DNA of 63,947 bases, counting the filler, from Octopus bimaculoides (lineage: Eukaryota), in the NCBI RefSeq assembly GCF_001194135.2. It is 7 parts of 6 records of this genome, joined end to end, with 100 filler letters (N's around TTAATTAATTAA, not from the genome) between each part and the next. Parts side by side here need not be neighbours in the genome. Positions count along the whole stretch, not along the records: positions 35,194 to 41,558 come from NW_026343275.1; positions 41,659 to 54,323 come from NC_068990.1; 5 more parts are not named here. The stretch is one strand, 5' to 3'. The notes below the pieces were generated by a model that did no database searches, was not told the DNA's origin, and saw only the letters and a list, made by a program, of their open reading frames with translations. Positions 38,340 through 51,733 of this stretch are shown piece by piece. Within the stretch, counting starts at the first letter, position 1. The number at the start of each line of letters is the position of its first letter. A program made the translations under genes and the position numbers.

Positions 38340-38555
38340 CCATAAAGCTGGCAGAATCGTTAGCATGCTGGACAGTGTGCTTAACTGTATTTCGCTCGTC
38401 GCTATGGTCTGAGTTCAAATTCTGCTGCAGTTGGCTTTGACTTTCATCCTTTCGGAGTCGTTTAATTAAGTACCAGTGAAACACTGGGTCGATGTAATCG
38501 ACTAGTCTCCTCGCCCCAAATTTCAGGCCTTGTGCCGATAGTAAAAAGGTCTCTT
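38340..38555 (+). mobile_element. SINE family 2
   Basis: Full consensus. Confidence 0.85.
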
Positions 38556-38858
38556 TTCTTCTACATATAAACCGTAGACTGTGGTTTCAGGAAGATTCGG
38601 CTGCCATGTCTAGCAGGTCCTGCTGACATCATAAATTTCAATTCCTGTTTGAATATGATTTTAATTGGCATTTCATAATCGTAATTAAATAAAGGACTGA
38701 AATGAAGACAGTCGCACAAATATATACAACATATGCTAGAAATAGCAACTAAATTACATCTATAAAACCTTTCAAAACAGTGTCCCAGCACGGCTGCAGT
38801 CAAATGATTGAAAGAAGTGTAGATAAAACATGTAAAAAATGGTGTGTATACAGACACA

Positions 38859-38929
<71 letters not shown>

Positions 38930-39029
38930 GATGGAATCTCCCGTCGTTAGACGACGTATGAGGATTCGAGAATTTCTTACCGAACAACTACACAGATGAT
39001 TTGTTTATAGTAATCAAATGTTTGTGTAG

Positions 39030-39200
39030 AAATAAGTTCACTCCCTCCATCAGATCGACATTACCTGTACAGGTGCCACATGTCGAAGTGATCACAACAT
39101 GAAATGAAGTGCTTTGCGCAAGGACAAACGCAACGCCCAGTCTGGGAATCGAACCCACGATCTCACAATCATGAGTGAAACACCTTCACCACTTAGTCAT
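39030..39200 (-). mobile_element. SINE family 3, 5' half, abutting the deleted mariner
   Basis: Reverse complement of the 8790 head. Confidence 0.7.
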
Positions 39201-39201
39201 A

Positions 39202-40049
39202 CGAGGGGGTGGTACCCAAAAGTAACCAGAAACATTGTTCTTCAGGTTTCCGCCACTTCACGCCACTTGATGCAACCGTCAGGCATCAATCTGCCAACTG
39301 GCATTGTCCAGTGAGGTCCTACTGCCACATGGTCCATCTTTGTTTTGCAGTGTTTCTCCCATGTTTCTTAATTTTTGTGATGGCCGAAACGAAGGAACAG
39401 CGTGCTTCCATGAAATTATATTTTCGGCTGGGGTAAACGGTGGCCGAAACAGTTGTCATGCTTCAAACAGCTTACAAGGACACTGCCATGAAGAAAATAA
39501 AAACAAGTTTATGAGTGGTTTTCCCACTTCAGGAGTGGTCACTTGTCGCTTGAAGATCTATCTTGTTCAGAGCGACCGACAACCTCCTGAACAAATAAAA
39601 ACATCATAAAAGTTCGTGAATTGATCTTAGTGGACCATCACTGAACAATTCACGAACTTGTTGATATGATTGGAGCGTCTTGGAGATTCTGGCAACGAAT
39701 TTTGAGAGAAGAATTGCAAATGAAAAGAGTTACAGCAAAACTTGTGCCTCGTTTGTTTACGGAAGATGAAAAACAGTCACGACTGAATGCATCATTGGTG
39801 ACGAAAGCTGGTGCTAGGGAATTTGCCGATGTAGAGGAGGGTGAAGGAAAAAAACAATGGGGGGAGTTAAAAAGGCATCACTTCACACAAGAGTTCCAGG
39901 ACTGTTTCGAACAGTGCAAAACGCGTTTGGATCTTTGTATTGCTTCAGATGGGGAATTCTTTGAAGGTGATAAAAGTGTAAATATGTAAAACTAAGTGAA
40001 TAAAGTGATATTGTAAAATTCCAGTTTCTTTTATGTACCCCCTTGTGTA
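39202..40049 (+). mobile_element. Internally deleted mariner of a second family, both TIRs present
   Basis: Imperfect TIRs (TA)CGAGGGGGTGGTACCCAAAAGTAACCAGAA / TTCCAGTTTCTTTTATGTACCCCCTTGTG(TA); N-terminal MAETKEQRASMKLYFRLG and LQMKRVTAKLVPR joined to C-terminal FQDCFEQCKTRLDLCIASDGEFFEGD; catalytic core absent. Confidence 0.85.
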
Positions 40050-40091
40050 CACACACAGAGAAATAGTGAAGAGCTGTTATGCATATATATA

Positions 40092-40255
40092 CTGGGTCAT
40101 CCCATAAATAATGTGGTTTGTTTCAATGGCCTGATGTAAAAGTTGGAGGGGGATGGGATAAACTACCTGCATCAACTTGCTATAAAAGCAGGTAATAATT
40201 TTGCTTTGTCTTTATTGTTTGTGCAAGTTTTGAAGGAGGCAGTTCGATTTATGAG
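40092..40255 (+). mobile_element. Left end of the same mariner family (TIR and leader)
   Basis: CTGGGTCATCCCATAAATAATGTG is the reverse complement of the right TIRs at 3967 and 24065; preceded by TA; TATAAAA at 40181. Confidence 0.75.
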
Positions 40256-42269
40256 AGTTTGGTTACATGAGAGAGGAAAGGCAAACACCTAGTCAAGGCA
40301 AGACTGGAGCATTTGATTTCGTTTTATTTAGTCCAAAAATTTAGCTACATAACAAATGGTGAAATAATGCAACACTTGTAACGATGGTCTCTGGCAGCTG
40401 TTTCTGGGACATCCCAGCTATTGGATTGTGGTATTGAGTGAAGACTATAGGCTGAGTATTCCATGATCAGGGAGACACAGATTGGACTGTAGAAGAATGT
40501 TTCTCATTAATGATATTTGTTGTGGTTCGTTATGTCCATGAGAGCAGGAAGATCCTAATAAATCCCATTGGATCGGGTCTTCTTTCGATAGATCCATGAT
40601 CAGGAAGAGTGGTGAAGTGGTCGAGCATGATGAGGAGAGGGCGAGAACTGCTAAGCAGTACTCCATATTGGAGAGGGGTGGGGGCTATGCAACTGGATGC
40701 CAGCAGAGTGAGTGTTGTGCGTGGGTGTGTGATTGGATGGATGGATGGATTGACTGACAGACAGAGGGGGTCAGTGGAGGTGGCAGAATCGTTCTCACTC
40801 CAGAGAAAGTACTTAATAGAATGTCGTCAGTCTTGAGATAGTGAGTTCAATTTCTGCCAGAGTCGATTATGCCTTCCATCACTGCAGGGTGGATAAATTA
40901 AGTAGCAATCAAGTGATCGATTAGCTACCTCTGTTATATTTTCAGGCCTTGTGCCAATGGACAAAGAATAATTACATATGTGTATGGTAGAAAGCAGTAG
41001 TCTCCGTAGGTGCCCTGCGACAATGTCAATGCAGATGAAGATTCCAAGGAAGGTTTCTCATCCAAAATGCTGAGAAGAACGGTTAGAATAAGCAGACAGA
41101 CAGAGAGCCAGCTATTTCGATAAATAGAGAGAGAGACCTGTGATTTAGATTTGGCTGCTATTTCTTGCATTGTCTATTTCTGCTAGTGTCCATTAAGCAT
41201 TCATACATATTTTGTCTCTGACGAAATTCTGCTTTAAGCACCCCATATAACCCCTTGTAACTTTTTTTCCCTTTGGATTATTCCCAAGATTTTTGCTAAT
41301 TTGCCTCCTTCACACAAGAATTCATACGACCATGAAAAATCTGTTTCTTAATTCTTCCAAATTTAAAAAGATTTGGTTATAAAACCTCAAGAAGAAGATT
41401 TAAAATTCTTTTTTTGAAATCACAGTTTAAATTACAGACAGTTCGAAATTTGTGCTTAAATCCCAGCAATGGACCATTAAATGTGTTCATGAGGAGAAAG
41501 AAATCAAAAAAGATAGATAGACAGATATACCCAGTTGGCAGTAATTTGAGGCAGATTANNNNNNNNNNNNNNNNNNNNNNNNNNNNNNNNNNNNNNNNNN
41601 NNTTAATTAATTAANNNNNNNNNNNNNNNNNNNNNNNNNNNNNNNNNNNNNNNNNNNNAAAATGTACCTAAATTTGAAAAAACTTGCAATTTTTAAAAAT
41701 AAATTTATTTACACATATATCAAACTAGTTTCAACAATATTTTGTGTTTATCAATGGTAAAAATTTAGAATCACGAATTGGAAAACCATCTTTAAAAGTT
41801 TCAATGCTGAGCAATTTTAATGTTCATAACAGACCAATTTAGAATTATGAATTAGAAAACATGTTCAAACCTTTCGATGTTGACAAGTTTAAATGTTCAT
41901 AAGTGTCAATAATATAAAAACTGTGCATCAATTTGTTTGAATGTACAAAGCTCTTTAGTGTTAGTAGTGATCGACAAGAAATAAATATCATCAAAGTTTC
42001 AGTCATAAGAGCACTCGTGAACTTTTTACACAGTTTACTCATTGTTTAAGAGGGAAATGGGAGAAATGAAGACAGTAAAAAAAGGGATTTCATTTACACT
42101 TTCTCTGATCCTCTTTCCGTCGTGTGTAGCAACTTTCTCTGGTAACGATGTATTTTGCTATCCGGTATATTTATAATTTTTTCCGCAAGTAGATATGTTT
42201 TTTGATTCGTTAAAGTACTGGTGACGTCTTGTTTTCCGGTGATCAAGTTTGTCGTTCTACGTGATCGGC

Positions 42270-42670
42270 AAGCCCACTAGTCAAAAAGTGCAACCGCCCT
42301 TACTGCGGAACTTGTATCTTCCTCTTAGAGAGTTCAACATACAAATTTGTCAGGTCAAACGTTTACCATAGAAAATCACTTCACCTGTGCTTCGAAGAAC
42401 TGAATCTATGTTCTCAAACATGGAGGGTGTGGTGGAAACTGCATAGGTCAAATTGGTTTAACCTTGAATGACAGACTAACGGTGCAAAGGCAACAAATCC
42501 AGGACCCCACGACTAAGAAAATTCCCGTAAGGAAACACCTAGACCAATGCCCCATAAACATAAACCCGAAATACCAAATCTTTCCTCTGTATCAATGCAC
42601 TGGAAACACTTCAACACAATTCCGTTTAAATAAGGAAAGCGTACTCATTAAAAAGTATAAGCACAGCTGA
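42270..42670 (+). pseudogene. Penelope-like element GIY-YIG endonuclease relic
   Basis: Translates as PLVKKCNRPYCGTCIF...NHFTCASKN*IYVLKHGGCGGNCIGQIG..LNDRLTVQRQQIQDP...IPVRKHLDQC...IFPLYQC...NKESVLIKKYK: Cys-rich linker plus IY...(Y)IG motif typical of PLE GIY-YIG; has a stop and a frameshift. Confidence 0.8.
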
Positions 42671-43701
42671 ATATCCTCTAGAAAGAAGAAAAAAAACACT
42701 AAAGAGAAAAAGGAAAAAGACTCAATTTCGCCACAAAAGAAAAATACAATCAAGAACAACAAACAATTTTAAAAACTTTAGTAACAGTCTTCAACCCGAG
42801 TTTTCAAAAAGCAACTCCAAATCACCATACAATAACACCGTACAAACACCAGTTGCCGACTTCACCTAACTCTAGACCAAAGAAATTTTACAAATTACCA
42901 GTTGCTAACGTCACCTAATTCTAGACCAATCAAAACCGAACTTCAGCAAATAAATGATCTTTATGAGAATCAACCAACCGCAACGACTGATAAGCAACCG
43001 CTCTCCAAAGGGAGGCCAACCAGGCAGAACGACAAACTTGTGGTTCGGCAAAAGAGGCAGATGGAATAAGTACGTGGCTTACAAAGAATAAGTCCCGTGG
43101 TCGATTTGTTCAACTAGAAGCGGTGCTCTTGCATGGCCGCAGTTAAATGACTGAAATACATAAAAGAGAAAAGAAAAGAAAAAAGAAAAGATAAATATGT
43201 ACATGTTCAAGCATGTTTTTTTTCTTAATATATTTCGTCTATCAATTTATTTGTCTATCTATCTGTCTATCTATCTATTGTTCTCTCTATATATCTATTT
43301 ATGTATCTATGCATCTATTCATCTATCTATCTATATAATTGTCTACCTATCTATCTATCTATCTATCTATTGTCTATCTATTTATCAATCTATTTATCTA
43401 CCTATCTATCTATTTATTTATCTATTTATCAATCTATCTATCTATCTATCTGTCTATTTATCTATTACTTTGGTGCATAATTATTGCTGCTTTTTTTCAA
43501 TATTTAACAAAAACATCTTTAAATGATTATTCTGGAGCATATTCACCATCTACTTCAATTACTGCTTCCCATTTGCTTGGTAGACGGTCAGAGCGTCATT
43601 TAAGGATGCTTTTGTTAAATATTGTTATTGTTTTTGATGAATAAAATTTGTAGAAAAAAGCCGCAATCCAATACATGTTTTTTTTAATATATTTCTTCAT
43701 T

Positions 43702-43735
<34 letters not shown>

Positions 43736-44017
43736 NNNNNNNNNNNNNNNNNNNNNNNNNNNNNNNNNNNNNNNNNNNNNNNNNNNNNNNNNNNNNNNNN
43801 NNNNNNNNGTGACCGAACGCGATTGTTGTCGGTTTTTCTCCTCCTTCGTCTTGGACATTCATGTTTCTTCCAGTTTCCGAAGAAGAGCTATACTCAAAAC
43901 GTAAGACTTCTACTCTTTTCCTTCTCTGACCGTCTTATTAATACAATGCGTGTGCCACGACCAAACGTTTGTATGTTGTTTTTTTTCTCTTTTTCTTTGT
44001 GGCTATTAGCATTGACC

Positions 44018-44067
<50 letters not shown>

Positions 44068-44087
44068 ATTGTATGTGTGTGTGTGAA

Positions 44088-44193
44088 TTTCTTAGCGCTT
44101 AGATATACTTAGATATAGTATACAGTACGTTTTCCTTTTATGTCCAATAATAGGAAAATATACTTCTATATTCTATATCTAAGCGCTAAGAAA
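44088..44193. repeat. Inverted repeat with perfect 20-bp arms
   Basis: TTTCTTAGCGCTTAGATATA ... TATATCTAAGCGCTAAGAAA, plus inner TTTTCCT/AGGAAAA pairing. Confidence 0.9.
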
Positions 44194-44744
44194 CTTAACC
44201 ATTTTCAAGAGGATAGAATCTATACGCTGAAATCATTTTAGTGGTATTACCCGTCATGTTTTCCTTTGATATATGACATATCCTCACTTATCTGAAACCA
44301 GAAATTCTTCCGGAAAGAAGAAAAGAATCTCAAGAAAAAATATTTCCTCCATGTTAGTTTCAAGCACAACACAGAATATAATACTTAATGCTGTACTCAC
44401 CTGAATTTTCTCCGGGAATATTAACTAAAAATAGCCATTGTAGTTGTGAGAATCATCTCCTTGTTTACTATAATATAAACCATATGTTTCTAATGGGAAT
44501 TGTTTAGTATATCAATCTCATCCCTTTCAGTTAGGAAGATCATAAACACACAGATAAGATCTATATTCCTCAAAGTAGGTGAAAGACGTTTTACATGAAA
44601 ATCCTCATGGAAAATCTGAAAGCAGCACTGAATGATAATATATGTACAAGTTAAAAATTGTTTGCTGCTCATTAAAGTCCTGTTATAATGTATTATATTT
44701 TTAAACATAGATTGTTCTTAATCACAGTACAGCAACTATTCGTA

Positions 44745-45775
44745 AGGCGGCGAGCTGGCAGAATCGTTAGCACGCCGGGTGAAATGCCTAGCGGTATTTC
44801 GTCTGTCTTTACGTTCTGAGTTCAAATTCCACCGAGGTTGACTTTGCCTTTCATCCTTTCAATGGGGAGGGGGGAGCTATAAACTATGTACCAGTTGTGT
44901 ACTGAGATCGATCTAGTCGACTGGCCCTCTCCCCAAAATCAACCCAGGGCTCAACTGATACTCTTTTATCTACTCCAAAAATCTGAAACGCAATGTCAAC
45001 CTGGCAGAATTTGAACGCAAACCGCGAAGGCGGTTGAAATGCAGCTAAGCAATTTGCCCGCTGTGCTAACGACGCTGCCAGCTTCCCGACTTATAACATA
45101 AATAATAATCCTTTCTACTGAAGCACAAAGCCTAAAATTTGGGAGCAGAGGATAAGTCGAATACATCAACTCCCTAGCACTCAACTGGCACTTACGTTAT
45201 CGATTCCGATAGGATGAAAGGTAAATTCGACCCCGGCGGAGTTTGAACTCAGGACGTAAATACCGCTAAGCATTTCGTCCAGCGTGCTAACGATTCTGCC
45301 AGCTCGCCTCATAATAACACAAATGATAATCTTTTCTCCTAGAGGCACAGGGCTTCAAATTTCTGTGGTGGGGGATTGTCGATTACATTGACCCCAATGT
45401 TTCACAGGTATTTAATTTATCGAACCCATAAGGATACAAGGGAAAATCGACCTCGGTGGAATTTGAAATCGGAACGTAGCGACTGGCGAAATACCGTTAA
45501 GGATTTCGTCCAACGCTCTAACAATTATGCCAGCTTGCCACGTAATGACAGAAATAATAATCTTTTCTACTATAGGCACAAGGCCTGAAATTATGGGGAG
45601 GAGGCCAGTCGATTAGATCGAATCCAGTACGTAGCTGGTACTTAATTTATCGACACCGAAAGGATGAATGGGAAAATCGAGCTCGGCAGAATTTGAACTA
45701 AGGACGTAGCGACGAGCGAAATAGCGTTGAGCATTTCACCCAGCGCGCTAACGATTCCACCAGCGCGCCGCTTAA
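44745..45775. mobile_element. Five SINE family 2 copies (one +, then four - head to tail)
   Basis: +44745-44940; -44945-45090, -45110-45312, -45330-45545, -45560-45775, separated by short ATAATAAT linkers. Confidence 0.85.
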
Positions 45776-46314
45776 TAACACAAAATAATAATGACAGTTG
45801 TTATCTATAACAACACTATTCAACAATTTATACGGGAAGAAACAGTCCTATAGTTGATACCTAGTATCTAAATAACAATTGTTTATCTACAAATGATGTG
45901 ATGACTATGTAAAACAAAAGTGACACTATCATCTCGGAGGTGCAAATAAATTGTCGAAATATTTCTTTATTCTTTGCCCTTTCTATTCCTTCTCGAACTT
46001 ACACAACCTGGATCGTTTTTACCTGTGGCAGTTTTAATTGATACTGTTGCTTAGATCCGTTTCAGCACTGATGGAGATGTTCAAGCCAAGGTGTTTCAAT
46101 CATATCATTCGTGCTTTTTTATTTCTGAACAGTGATAGCTTGTCTAAGGACGATATTATGATTACAGGGTCTTTCTTTTCTCTCCACGTTTAAGCTATGG
46201 AAACCAGGTAACCGGCCTTATGAGTCTTAGGGCTCGAGACATTAATGTCCAGAGCTTGCTGCGTTTGATGCTGCTGCTGCTGCTGATGATGACGATGATG
46301 ATGATGGTGGTGAC

Positions 46315-46374
<60 letters not shown>

Positions 46375-46864
46375 AATGGTGGTGGCGTTGGTGGTGGTGG
46401 TGATGGTGACGACGACGACGACGAGAATGATGGTGATGACAACGATAACATCAATGGTGACAATGAAAACGATGACGACGTTGATAATATCAGGCGAGTA
46501 TATATATTTCTGTTGCAACAATTCCATTTACACGAAGAGTGAAAGTGGTAAAGAGCTTTACATATTTCATAAGACGTAAACATCATACAGTGTACCTGAT
46601 GCTTATTGACGAAAATAATAACAAAATACAATAAAAAGGAAAATAAAATACATAGAAAATAATTCTACGTCTTATAAGATTTATAAAACAAAAACTTTAC
46701 AAATTCGCTAAATTGCATTAATATGCAAATCGGATAATAAAGTAAATTGTGTGTGATAATCTAATTTGTAATCAAGATTAATGGAACAGATATTGTAGAT
46801 GCACAAAAGCTTGTTGCTCATAAACCAATTGTTCTTTTGATTTGTCTTTGTCTCGCGGTTAATA

Positions 46865-47320
46865 TTGGTTTCAAATTTTGGCACAAGGCCAGAAATTTCA
46901 AGTAAGTCGTTAAATCGATTATTTCAACGCCAGTACTCACGTTGTACTTCATTTATTGACCTCGATCGGATGAAAAGTAAAGTCGACCTCGGCGGAATTT
47001 GAATTCAGAACGTTAGGACAGACGAAACGCCGTTAAGTGTTTTGCCTGGTCTACTAACCATTCTGCCTGCTCACCGTCTTTCTCACGGTTTATATTACTG
47101 GCAATAACAGAACGGCGAGCTGACAGAATCGTTATTGCACCAGGCAAAATGCTTTGCCGTATCTCGTCCGTTTTTATGTTCTAAGTTCAAACTATGCCGG
47201 GGCTGACTTTACCTTCCATGCTGTCTAGGTCGACGAATTAATAACAAGCTGAGCACTGGTATCGATGTAATCGACTTCCCCCATCTTTTGATGTTGCTAG
47301 CCTTCTGCCAAAAGTTGAAA
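46865..47320. mobile_element. Divergent pair of SINE family 2 copies (-46865-47080, +47112-47320)
   Basis: Heads about 30 bp apart. Confidence 0.8.
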
Positions 47321-48219
47321 CCAGTGTTGGTGGCAATAAGCATTTGATGTAATTGGAAAACATACAATCTTACAGGCGAATGAAATGACCACAGTAAACT
47401 ATTGGTATTTATTCAGTTATTCATGTATTCACGCTGTCGTCGAATCCTTCCTAGCGTGTCAGTCGCTTCTGTACGAGAGAGGCGATGGTCATTGCGTTAA
47501 TATATATGATAGTGTGAAATACCTCACCAAAAAAGGAAGAGACACCTACTTTCTCGGTCTCCAGGTTAACGGTCTGATCATTATAAATGATGGCCTTTCT
47601 GGTTGCAAAAGTTGCCAGCAATTATATTGGTAAAATAACCTTTATTATCCGCAGGCGTGCCTATATGGCACGGAGTTTGCTTTCCAACAGCAAGGTTTCA
47701 AATTCAGTCACACTGCGTGATAGCTTATCCAAGTGTCATCTACTATAGCCTCGGACCAGCCAACGTACTCTTAGTGTATTTTGTAGACGGAAACTGAAAG
47801 GAGCCTGTCGTATATATACATATCTGCATGCATATCTATGTACCTATATACATAAGTATGCGTGCGTGTCTTTGTGTATGTGTTCGTTATCCATCGCCGC
47901 TTGAGAACTGGTATTGGTATGTTTAAGCACCTGTAAATCTACGGTTCGGCAACAGAGACCGACAAGAATATTACCAGGCTTTACTTTATCAAAAACCAAC
48001 ACGTACTGGGGTAAATTCCTCCTCATCAGCTCGTGTCTGTATTCTATATTGTGGTGTTGTTACAACAGCCACAACCTCGGTCAGTATCTGGAACACCGAC
48101 AAATTAATATTCCTGTATAACTAACAAAGGACTAATAAGGACTTAGTATAGATGAGTGAGCTGTAGAACATTCCTAGTACAAATTTTATCTAACAGAGAG
48201 TCTAATGAGATAATATTCT

Positions 48220-48653
48220 TTTCTACGCTAGGCACAAGGCCTGAAATTTTGGGAGAGAGAGACAGTCGATTAGATCGACTCCAATACGCAACTGGTACTT
48301 AATTCATCAACCCCCGAAAGGATGAAAGGCAAAGTCGATCTCGGCGAATTTGAACTCAGAACGTAAAGACAGACGAACGAAATACCGCTAAGCATTTCGT
48401 CCAGCGTGCTAACGTTTCTTATTTTTTTACTGCCCACAAGGGGCTACACACAGAGGGATCAAACAAGGACAGACAAACGGATTAAGTCGATTATATCGAT
48501 CCCAGTGCGTAAATGGTACTTATTTAATCGACACCCGAAAGGATGAAAGGCAAAGTCGACCTCATCGGAATTTGAACTCAGAACGTAGCGGCAGACCAAA
48601 TACCGCTAAGCATTTCGTCTGGCGTGCTAACATTTCTGCCAGCTCGCGGCCTT
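48220..48653 (-). mobile_element. Two tandem SINE family 2 copies; the second has the same variant tail as 1455-1685
   Basis: Tail TTTACTGCCCACAAGGGGCTACACACAGAGG shared with 1455. Confidence 0.88.
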
Positions 48654-49710
48654 AACACAGAGACTCTTGAGAGAATATTAAATAAATTACTTAATTTGAA
48701 TTCTATGTCTTACGAAAATCTTCTCTGATTAGCGTCGTTCTTTGAAACATATTATTTTTATCCGTCTCTTTATGATCCACCAAATACCAGCTCTTTTGTC
48801 TAAATTATTTTATAGATCCTTACTGATTTAGGCTATAACTCGCACACTGTATCGTATCAACATATTGCTCCAACGCTCTTGCCTACTAGTAACAATTGTA
48901 TAGTTTATTGTGTGAATACTAATTGCAGTTTGATTGGCAATATATTAGTTAGAAGAATATCTAAAGGGCACAATATTATAATATTTCGTCATTCTGCCTA
49001 CACAGAATTCAATATCTTACACATTTACGCAAACAAATGTATATTCATACATACAGATACATGTACATTATATAATTTATATATATGTAAGCATATATAT
49101 ATATATATATATANNNNNNNNNNNNNNNNNNNNNNNNNNNNNNNNNNNNNNNNNNNNNNNNNNNNNNNNNNNNNNNNNNNNNNNNNNNNNNNNNNNNNNN
49201 NNNNNNNNNNNNNNNNNNNNNNNNNNNNNNNNNNNNNNNNNNNNNNNNNNNNNNNNNNNNNNNNNNNNNNNNNNNNNNNNNNNNNNNNNNNNNNNNNNNN
49301 NNNNNNNNNNNNNNNNNNNNNNNNNNNNNNNNNNNNNNNNNNNNNNNNNNNNNNNNNNNNNNNNNNNNNNNNNNNNNNNNNNNNNNNNNNNNNNNNNNNN
49401 NNNNNNNNNNNNNNNNNNNNNNNNNNNNNNNNNNNNNNNNNNNNNNNNNNNNNNNNNNNNNNNNNNNNNNNNNNNNNNNNNNNNNNNNNNNNNNNNNNNN
49501 NNNNNNNNNNNNNNNNNNNNNNNNNNNNNNNNNNNNNNNNNNNNNNNNNNNNNNNNNNNNNNNNNNNNNNNNNNNNNNNNNNNNNNNNNNNNNNNNNNNN
49601 NNNNNNNNNNNNNNNNNNNNNNNNNNNNNNNNNNNNNNNNNNNNNNNNNNNNNNNNNNNNNNNNNNNNNNNNNNNNNNNNNNNNNNNNNNNNNNNNNNNN
49701 NNNNNNNNNN

Positions 49711-49775
<65 letters not shown>

Positions 49776-50709
49776 CAATATATATATGCATATATACATA
49801 AGCATGCATCTATTGCAACCAGAATTAATATGTCTAGTTATTCTATATTGTCTTTTAAATAAAAAACAAATGATCGCATCGCTGGAGGGGACAATTATTA
49901 TACAATTAACAATAATTGTTTGTATTTGAGTTATAATGCAAACAATAAATTTAAACGAAATTAAGATGACATCCCTGATATTTTGAAAGAAATGCAACAA
50001 TACAAGCTAACACTTTGCTTAAGGTGAAATAAATAATATTATGAAATAATAATTTAATTAAAACTTGTGTTGAATGGCATATATTAAGAGAGAGAAAAAA
50101 AAAACATTTGCCAAGTCGTTTATTGCAAGGCGGTTTTTTTTTTCAATATCCGGTTGAGTCAGTTTATGTTATCTGCCAATTTCACTAATATCATTTGGAA
50201 AGGCATGAATGTCACATCTTAGATTTCTCTTTAAAGTGCGACCATTCTGGGACATCACCTTACAGAGTTTTAACCGAGCAGATCGATCTCACTCATGTAA
50301 TTTGTGTCAGGTACTAATTCAATCGGTCTCTTTTGTCGAACAGCTAAGGTAACGGGGAAGTAAACAAACTACGTTGTGAAACGAGGGTAGAGGACAGACA
50401 CAAAAACACACTTACAGACCCATCACATATACATTGATATACAAACATATATATATGTACACACACACACACATACACACACACACTTACACACACATAC
50501 TCACACACACATACTCACACACACATAAATACGTTTTGTTCTCACCTGTTACGTTCTTGTTCAATTTTTTGTTTTCATTTACACACACATACATACACCC
50601 ACACAATCACAGAGTTTACTGTTCAGTTAACGAAAGATCAGCAAAACGGGTATTCCATTCAGTGAGTAATAAATGTATTCTGTATGAAGATAGAAGCTAC
50701 TTATAGTTT

Positions 50710-50838
50710 TTCGCTTTGGAGACGAGGGTTTGGGCAGATTTTTATAACACACCTTTTATCTCCAAGCAATCGTCGGGCTTTCGTAGGGACACAAGGCTTC
50801 TTAGAAAAACTTGCCTAGATTCTCGTCTTCAAAGCAAG
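50710..50838. repeat. Imperfect inverted repeat, about 38-bp arms
   Basis: GCTTTGGAGACGAG (50713-50726) pairs with CTCGTCTTCAAAGC (50822-50835), 1 mismatch; weaker pairing continues inward. Confidence 0.7.
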
Positions 50839-51506
50839 ATTCTGTTAGCAGTTCGTGTCTTTAATGATACATACATACGTGCGTACATACATACATACGT
50901 ACATACATACAGAAATACATACATATATGCATACATACGTACGTACATACATTCTTACGGACATACATACTTATGTACGTACGTACGCACGCACATACGC
51001 ACCTACATAAATACACATACATACATACATACATTCATACATACATACATACATACATACATGCATACATACATAGTAGTTGCCTTCTCGTATATGAGCA
51101 AATTCACTGCTAGAAAGAATCATCAAAATGAGTTATTGATGATGTAATGTGAGGCCCTTGTATGAGTCTTGAGACTGGCCAAACATTTGCATATTTTCTT
51201 GCATAAAACACAGTTTTGCCGGCTGACAGAGGGAACAGGTGACACAGGATGAAGTCTGTTGATGTGCATTTTCAAGTTGTAATATGTACAAGGCACACCT
51301 TTCCGCAGGCTGCGCGTGTTCTGTTCAATACCCGTGTTCTGCACGTGTTCCGAACAATAGCCGTATCACAATTTACAATCGGTTGATTCCTGTGAGTTTT
51401 GTGATGGCTTACCGGGCCAGCATGTCTCAATATTTCCTCTCACAAATCACACACTCTAAAAAGCAACCCCCTTTCCTTTTCCACAGGTTCACTATACACA
51501 CACACA

Positions 51507-51564
<58 letters not shown>

Positions 51565-51565
<1 letters not shown>

Positions 51566-51733
51566 GGGAGAATTTACGAAAAAAACAACAACAGGCGAGG
51601 ACAGGTGGTGTAAACAACAAAAGGATGTATTAGTTTAACGCTCGGGAATAGAGAAAGTCTTTAACGTTTCGAGCTACGCTCTTCAACAGAAAGAAATAAG
51701 GAGAAAAACAAGGAGAAGATATAAATGTCTTTG
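51565..51733 (-). mobile_element. Short non-autonomous Penelope-like terminal repeat with minimal hammerhead-like motif (51659-51693)
   Basis: Minus strand CTTT-CTGTTGA-A-GAGC-GTA-GCTC-GAAAC-GTT-AAAG; shares flanks (GACTTTCTC...GTTAAACTAAT) with the copy at 56510-56725; abuts (TA)n. Confidence 0.6.

Noticed and set aside
40330-40690. Possible old CR1/L2 RT C-terminal relic on the minus strand (MEYC...IERR...HR)
   Set aside because: Similarity needs several frameshifts and is too faint to call by eye.
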